Source of the DNA: Eledone cirrhosa
Lineage: Eukaryota
Assembly (NCBI GenBank): GCA_964016885.1
Contig: OZ024742.1
Span: 266,910,001 to 266,974,000, forward strand
Reading direction: 5' to 3'
DNA: 64,000 nucleotides
The position numbers and the translations under genes are program-made. Of this stretch, positions 57,001 to 64,000 are shown in pieces; positions within the stretch are counted from its first letter, which is position 1; each line of letters starts with the position of its first letter. The notes under the pieces are model-generated. The model was not told the origin of the DNA and made no database searches. It worked only from the letters and a program-made list of their open reading frames with translations.

Positions 57001-58148
57001 GTGATTACTAGTGCTGTCGTGAAACCCGTGTTCACGAGTGCTCGCGATGGCTTCCCTCCCACCAAAACTTCCACTACGGGCAGCGACTGCAAAGGCGCCT
57101 CTACTCGCCCTCAGGGGTGGCTACCGGCGCATTAGACCCCTTAGACCATTTCCCTGGTCGTAATTATTTGCGATGTGGCCTGGTCGCTTGCAGCGATAGC
57201 AGACTATAGCTGGCTACGGCTCTCTGCAGTCCATTGCCATGTGCAGGCCCTGGCACCAGAAGCACCGGCCTCCGAACGCACGCGGAAGACTATTCACAGC
57301 GGCTGGTCTCATTTCGTCATACGTCGTTCGCTGTCCACTGCCATGGGCTTCCGTCACTGCCAGCGCTTCAATACTCCACCTCGTGTCCTATGTTATTACG
57401 CGGGCATGTGCGATGAGCTCGCTCATGCTCATCTCTCTGTTGCCGGGCAGCTGTTGGAGCGTCACGGAGATTTCGTCGGGGAACCCGTTCATAAAAGCCA
57501 ACCGCACGGCGCATTCGCGTTCTACCGCGAATCCGGTCAACGTAGCCAACCGCCGTAACTCTGTCGCGAACACTGCCACGTGCCCTCCCTGCCATCTCGC
57601 TCTGCCTAGCTTGCAAAAGCAGCGTACGGCCCCTCGGTGAACGCTTCCTTAAGTCGCTGTACTATCCTCTCCGCGTTCAGTAGGTCGTCCTCGTCCATCT
57701 CAAGGTACAGTGCTAGGGCATCCCCGTCAAGATATAGAGCGATCAAACCAGCAACGTTGTCAATGTCTTGCAGCGAGGCGACCAATGTGACCTTTCTCAA
57801 CCAGGCCACAACATATCCCTCGCCGTTAAAAGCCTTGATCATCTCGCTATACAATCTCAGTTTCGCTGCCATCTCCCCTGCGAGATCGGAAAAAAATCAA
57901 CAACGATACCCCACGAAAGAGTGTGGGGCTGCCGCGAGATAGTGGGAGGGGGGTTGCCGGAAGGTGGGGGATGCCTGACCGGAAGCAGGAGGACGGGGGC
58001 GACTCGAAGGACCAGGCGGTCAACAGGGGCATCTTAGCCATAGGCCCTCGAAGGTGACCGACGTGTGAAGGCAGATGCAAGTGGACCAGAGAGACGCAAG
58101 GTAAGCCCGAATGCCTCCGGCTACAAGCTGGTCAGACGTCAGGCTACA
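54097..58148 (-). mobile_element. Ty3/Gypsy retrotransposon (gag-PR-RT-RH-IN), disrupted, with inverted terminal repeats
   Basis: gag knuckle CYRCKRPGHIA; protease ALVNTG; RT LDFRELN...VDLKSAYLQ; RNase H WCDA...AEL...TDS; integrase HHMGVDRT...LAVDVTH...DNSTAF...ERHHRTIK. TG...CA ends and TTTCT TSD. Confidence 0.9.
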
Positions 58149-58245
58149 TTTCTTTTGGCTCATTCTAGAATGCATGTGCGTGTGTGCCTACGTGAGTGTT
58201 TGTGTGCCTATATGAGTGTTTGTGTGTGGTTGTGTGTGTATGTAT

Positions 58246-58325
<80 letters not shown>

Positions 58326-58795
58326 ATGCGTAGAAGCTATAGATTTGATCGCGTCTGAAATACATTTTTGTCATAAAGAGTAAGCTTGGTCATTGAGATG
58401 CAGTTTCTGCAATGTCATATAGACCAAATCATGAGAGACTATTATGAGGAAACGTAAGAGATACTTTGTTATCACATCCCAGAGTTTGTTTCGTGTTTTC
58501 AGATCAATTCTAAAGAAGCTGAGGTCAGTTGCTCGGCAACTTGAAATTATCTGATTAAACTATCACTCCATGTGCACACAACACAGAATCAGTGGAAAAA
58601 CACACCCTTAACACACTTGAGGCAATCCATATTTACCTAATCCTCACACATTTTCTACATCGTTGTTTTGTAAAAACATTGAACTTCGCTAAAGAAAAAT
58701 ATTTACCCGTAAAGCAATATAAACCTACATACCTTATGAAAGTTTTGTCTTGGCTTCGTGTCAAAATTCATTTTTTTCCTGAAATTCTTTAATAG

Positions 58796-58863
58796 CTTCT
58801 TTCGCAGCGAACAATGATTCCGAAAATAGAGATGGAAATAGAGGAGTTAAGTACTTTCTGTGA
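58796..58863 (+). CDS. Candidate terminal exon of the Ig-Ig-CBM14 gene
   Basis: Pyrimidine tract and aatag acceptor; phase-1 reading ASFAANNDSENRDGNRGVKYFL*; a hydrophobic stretch continues in frame to 58941. Confidence 0.3.
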
Positions 58864-59106
58864 AATTTCAGTTCTTCCTTCAAGCTATTTCTTTATTCGC
58901 TGCTGTATATTATATCATTATATCGAGTTACTTCATGTTGAGCATCATTTACTTCAGCTGGTGTTGTCATGTAAGATTCATTACAGCGAAAGTTTGTAAA
59001 CAAATTTTTGCTATAAGTAGACACACGAATATGCAGTCAAACCTATACACACATATAAACATATGATCACATGTTCACACACACACACACACACACACAC
59101 ACATCC

Positions 59107-59176
<70 letters not shown>

Positions 59177-59220
59177 GGGTGTGTATATATATACACGTGT
59201 GTGTGTATATATAGAGAGAG

Positions 59221-59260
<40 letters not shown>

Positions 59261-59566
59261 GTTCATATACATATATACATATATAGTTTTTAGTTTATTC
59301 AATAATTTCAATTATTTTGTGTGTTACTGGAGGTAGTACCAACATTAGAACTCAATAATAAAGCAGGTGTATAAAATAAATGTAACAAGACGAAGTTTCT
59401 CATGAATCTTTTTATTGATTATCGACCAATTACGTACGTTTCCAAGATGAATGGCTCAAGTTCCATATTTGTGTCATAGATCTGACTCCAGGATCAATCA
59501 ACTCATCAGACATGTTAATAAAGCTAAAACCCAAATTTCATCTGAAGGCATCCAGCATCGTATGGG

Positions 59567-59599
<33 letters not shown>

Positions 59600-59730
59600 T
59601 ACATATATAGATATATATACACAGCGGCTCTTGTACCAATTATAGCGAATCTGATGTTAGGATGTATGGTGGTGTTGTGTGTTCTTACTTGTGGATTACT
59701 CAATGGTGCAAGTGAATAACAGTGTTCATT

Positions 59731-59741
59731 ATGATGATGAA

Positions 59742-59781
<40 letters not shown>
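59731..59781. repeat. (ATG/CAT)n trinucleotide repeat
   Basis: Visible tandem units. Confidence 0.9.
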
Positions 59782-61319
59782 TGCTGGTTCTTTAGGTAAG
59801 TTATTTACCCCGATCACGTAGAAAATGAAATATAAAAACGACAATATCACAAAACCTCTATGTTGCTAATTTATCAAATACAACTTTCGTCGAAGTTATA
59901 CGACAAAACACGAAAAAGAAATAACCAGAGTTTAATTGTGTGATATCGGGGATGATGTGTCTGCTTGCAAAGGTATTATAAATGTATTTACTAAACTTCT
60001 GTTAATGGGATGATATTCGCTGGCCTTGCTGAGAGAGAAAGAGAGAGAGATAGAGGGGGGGGGGGGGGTAAAGTGAGAGAGAGCCCTAAAGGGTCAGTGT
60101 GCGAGATAGTTGACCACTACATCTTAACTATTAGGTAGGGACTCTGTAACTACTTGCATTGACTGGGAGTAGGCTATTTATGAGTATTCCATTGTTGCGT
60201 CAGAGGGATATAAGGATAAGCAGATGGCCGTTTGATATGTCAAAATCTTAGACGTATTGGCAATTCGACAGCAACGTTACAATGGAAACTTATCAATGAG
60301 TCCACCAAAAGTCAACTTCTCGGTGGCCACTTGGCAGTGAAAGAAATTGAATTGAGGAGATTATCTACTGATTGCTACATATATACATCATATACACACG
60401 GGCATTTAGCGGGGTGTTGTGCGCATATAAGTGGCTGTATGATTGCGTGTGTTTAATTTCACCGCACGCGCACTCCCTGCCATGCTCTTGTGTTCTAGTA
60501 CCCATGCATGCGTATGTGTGTGTGTGTGTGTGTGCGTGTGTGTGTTTACGTGTGTGTCTGAGAGCATGTACACTCCGTGTTAGTGTCTGTGTGTGCGTAT
60601 ACACGAATGCGAGCCCGACCGTGCATGTGTGTGTGCGTGACTTTGTTGTGTGTATGTGTGTGTGTGGGGTTGTAGGTGTGTGTGCATATTTGTGTGCATG
60701 TGAATGCGTAAATGTATAGCCCATCGATACTAGTCGATACTAACCCCCCATATTATTAGTCGTGTACGACAAAAGCAACAACAACTACACCATCGGTGAC
60801 GAAATCTAGAAGAAAGAAAGAAAAAAAAATAGAAACGCTGAAAGTAAGAGAGGAACATTTAAGGGTAAATGGATCAGGATGCCAGCTAAGATCAGAGTTT
60901 TACCGACCGAAGCGTTCCTCGTGTGAGTACACCAGAGGGGAGTGGTTGTGTTGAGTGCTATTGGAATTAGATTGTGATTATTTCCTTGCTGATGATTTAA
61001 GGACGGCGACATCAGACAATCTCAACAGCGACAATAACGACAATAAGAACAGCAGTAAGCACCGCCACCACCACCACAACCACCAACACCACCATTTGTG
61101 AGGACTCTGCCCCAAGAACTTCTCAGCAATAAATGAGTGAAGAAGAAGATATACATATATATTTTTGGTCCTTAGCCTAATGGCAATGAAATCACCGAAT
61201 TCGAGAGATAAGTATCTCGACTCCTCGCTGGCGCTTATATGTACTTTTTTGTATCTAAGCGTAATTTACCCAGTACGTATATATTTATATATATACACAC
61301 ACACACGCATACACAAAAA

Positions 61320-61610
61320 TCGGTCGATGCGATCGGTGCAAACTCCACCTTGGCGTTCTATAGAACGAAATTAACTAACCAATCTCTTCGGGAGAACTTT
61401 CGGGCCGGGGCCTATGGACAACTTCCAGAAATCCTTGGCCTGGCAGTGCTACCGGGAGCTTTGCCAGTTCGGGATAAACTCTACAGGCATGGAAGTGCCT
61501 TCAGCCGGGTTGTCCGAGATGCGCGCAGGGCGACGAAACCGTCATGCACGCACTCGTCCAGTGTACGAGCATTGCTGACTTGTGGGTTTATGTCGAACAC
61601 CTGCTGTCGC
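61320..61610 (+). mobile_element. Tx1-like ORF2 C-terminal fragment
   Basis: AIGANSTLAFY, FGPGPMDNFQKSLAWQCY.GALPVRDKLYRHG, then ETV.HALVQC..W.YVE; homologous to the 26737 copy. Confidence 0.75.
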
Positions 61611-61620
61611 TAGTGGCCGT

Positions 61621-63960
61621 CTATGCCCCGACAGGGGCATAGACGGCCACTAGCCTGAAAGCTTGCCCGTCTCCGCTGGTCACGTCTAGCACCACCAGCT
61701 TACCCTCTGGGTCCAGGAAGATGGCCCGTATGGCGAGATCCAAACCTCTCCGAAAAAGCACAGCAACTCCTGCCCCCGATCCAGGACGGCTGGGAGATGC
61801 GTACACATCGTAGCCGCCGAAGATCGGTTCGAAGGCCCGTGCTTCGGAGATTCTGGTCTCGCTGATGGCCACTACATCTATGTTTAGTGACCTGAGGGCG
61901 TTGAGCAGGTGACCCTGCTTCCATGACGACCCCAAGCCACGCGCATTTATGCTGCCTATTCTGAGTGAGGTCATGTTTAAAATAGAATGGAAAAGATGGG
62001 AAAGACCACTTACCGTACTTTTGGTAGAGGAGGGATGGTTTTTACATCCCTTTTCACTTGATCGTCTGGTGAAGGGACCGTTGAATCGTCCCTTCGGCTG
62101 GTCGTCGGCTCTTCTAAGAGAATGTCTGAATATACTCTTCGATTGATGGTTCCTCCTAGGTCCCTGAAATCACCAACTGCGTTGGGGAATTTCGGTTTAA
62201 TGTTTGTGTATTGTTTCTGTGCTATTTTTAGCAGTCTTATGTTAGTTGGCGTTTTGATTGGTGCTGGTATTATGTAGTCGTGTTGTGAAATGTCTATGTG
62301 TTCAATTATGTAAGTCATTAGTTTCTTGTTGTGTGTATTTATTGCCGTGCATTTGTTTTTCTGGGGGTGGGGTGTGGTTCTGTTTTTTTCTTGTTGTTGT
62401 TGCTGGGTGTGTGTGTTTTGTTGTTGTGTTTGCGATGTTGGTGCTTGTGGTGGTGGTGTTGAAGGTGTTGTTGGCGGTGGGGTTGTCGCCGGTGGTGATG
62501 GTGGTGCTAGTGTGGGTGGTGATGGTGTGTTGGTGGTGTTGCTGCTGTGGGTCTCTTTGCAGTAGACTTTACCCTTTTCTCATTTCTTTCCTCCCTTTTC
62601 AAAGGCGACGATGCGCTGCTTCTGCGTTTGTGCCTTCTTACGACATTTTGCCATCTCTCTCCCCCCTCACACTCCATGTCTGATTCTGTGAGGTCGGGGA
62701 GGGGTACCAGCTCCACTCTTTCATTTGTTGTTGTTGGTGATGTTTGCACTGGAGTCTCTGTTGCAGCTGCATTTGGTATTGCTGTTGTTGTTGTTAATAT
62801 TTCCACTGCTGCTGCTGTTTTTGATTTCCGTGGAGTGGGTATGGGTGCCACGGACCTATCGTTCCTGGTTGCCGCTTGTCCTGTTGCTGGTAGCCGTGGA
62901 GCCGGTTTCGGAAGGAGGGGGGGGGGGTCTCCTTTCTCATGGTCTTCTCGTTGCAGAAGGCCCTGAGGTGAGTCTTCGATCCACAGCGAAAGCATTTCGG
63001 GCGTTTTCTTTCAACACTTATGGGCAGTTGAGTGCCGTTATCGAAGTCTATCACATCCGGGATAGCTTCGATGCACTCCTGGTTGGTTTGGATTAGCATC
63101 TCAATGGAGGTGCCGACCCAATCTTCTCTTAATTTTTTCTGTACTTGCAGTACAGTTGTTTTGTCCTCGATTCCGACGAGGATAGACGCGGCCAGCCAAG
63201 AAGGGGCCATTCCGGGGGGGACGTGGGTCAGTTTGACCTTCACAATTTTTAGCCCGCAGTAGGAGGGCACCAACACCATTTCCTCGCTCCTTAGGGTCAC
63301 TACGGATTGGGCCTTTGCCTCCTGGGGTGTGGCAAAAAGTACATCTACAGTGGCATATTTTTTTCCTGGGGTGATGTGCGTTTTCCGCCGCCACACAGAC
63401 CCCAAGGCTTTTTGTATTTGAGCCTCTGTGGCTCTTTCCACCCTACGGGATTTTGTACTTACTGTACGATACGTGACCGTACAGTGCTGTTGGGTTTCGA
63501 AAAATTTTTCCGCTGCCTTGCAGATTACTCGGTGTCCAGTCTTTGTCACCATCTTCTTCGCTTCCTCTAATTCCTCATTTGTTATGAGGATTGTTTCCAA
63601 GTTTTTCGCAATACCTGCAAATGAGATTGCTTTTTCTTTGCTGCTGTTGTTGTTGTCGTCAGAGCTGCTGTTACTTTTGTTGTTGCTGCAGGTACTACGA
63701 CTACTGCCTCCGCCGCTGTTGCTGTGGTTGTTGTTGGTGTTGCTGCTGCTAATGCTGTTGTTGTTTATGCTGCTGGTGATGCTGTTGCGGCTGCTACTGT
63801 TGTTTTCATTGTCACTGTTGCTGTTGTTATTACGGCTGCTACTGCTATTATTCCTGACGTCAGACGTCAGACGTATTTCCCGCACACCTGTTTCGTCGCT
63901 GTCGTCGTCGTCGTGGAGAAACCTTGCACGCTTTGCACGAGACTTTTCTTTTCTTTCGTC
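61621..63960 (-). mobile_element. 5' half of Tx1-like LINE: ORF1 (frameshifted) and start of ORF2 APE
   Basis: ORF1 62794-63885 with an Asn/Ser tract and CFRCGSKTHLRAFC; ORF2 from 61974 reads MTSLRIGSINARGL...DVVAISET...GVAVLF...VAVYAP, truncated at a hairpin. Confidence 0.85.
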
Positions 63961-64000
63961 GCTTGCGAAAGAGAAGGGAGGGAGAGAGACACATTTAAAG

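Noticed and set aside
59524-59850. Poly-His protein
   Set aside because: Product of a (CAT)n microsatellite.

Overview
AT-rich, microsatellite-dense animal genomic DNA. The SINE, LINE, Penelope and Helitron content resembles a cephalopod (Octopus-like) genome; this is inference. Most listed ORFs are artefacts of simple repeats. The window is dominated by decayed mobile elements: Tx1-like and RTE LINEs, two R4/Dong-like LINEs, several Penelope-like fragments with hammerhead-like termini, tRNA-derived SINEs, non-autonomous Helitrons, MITEs and one Ty3/Gypsy element. Among them are three phase-1/phase-1 exons on the + strand (16664-16990, 26129-26449, 38677-38895). They splice in frame to an Ig-Ig-chitin-binding (CBM14) protein, the architecture of protochordate VCBPs, with a possible GPI-type last exon near 58.8 kb. 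Other notable points: the Gypsy element has inverted rather than direct terminal repeats, LINEs sit in specific microsatellites, and fold-back palindromes recur at element junctions. All calls are by eye; no searches were run.
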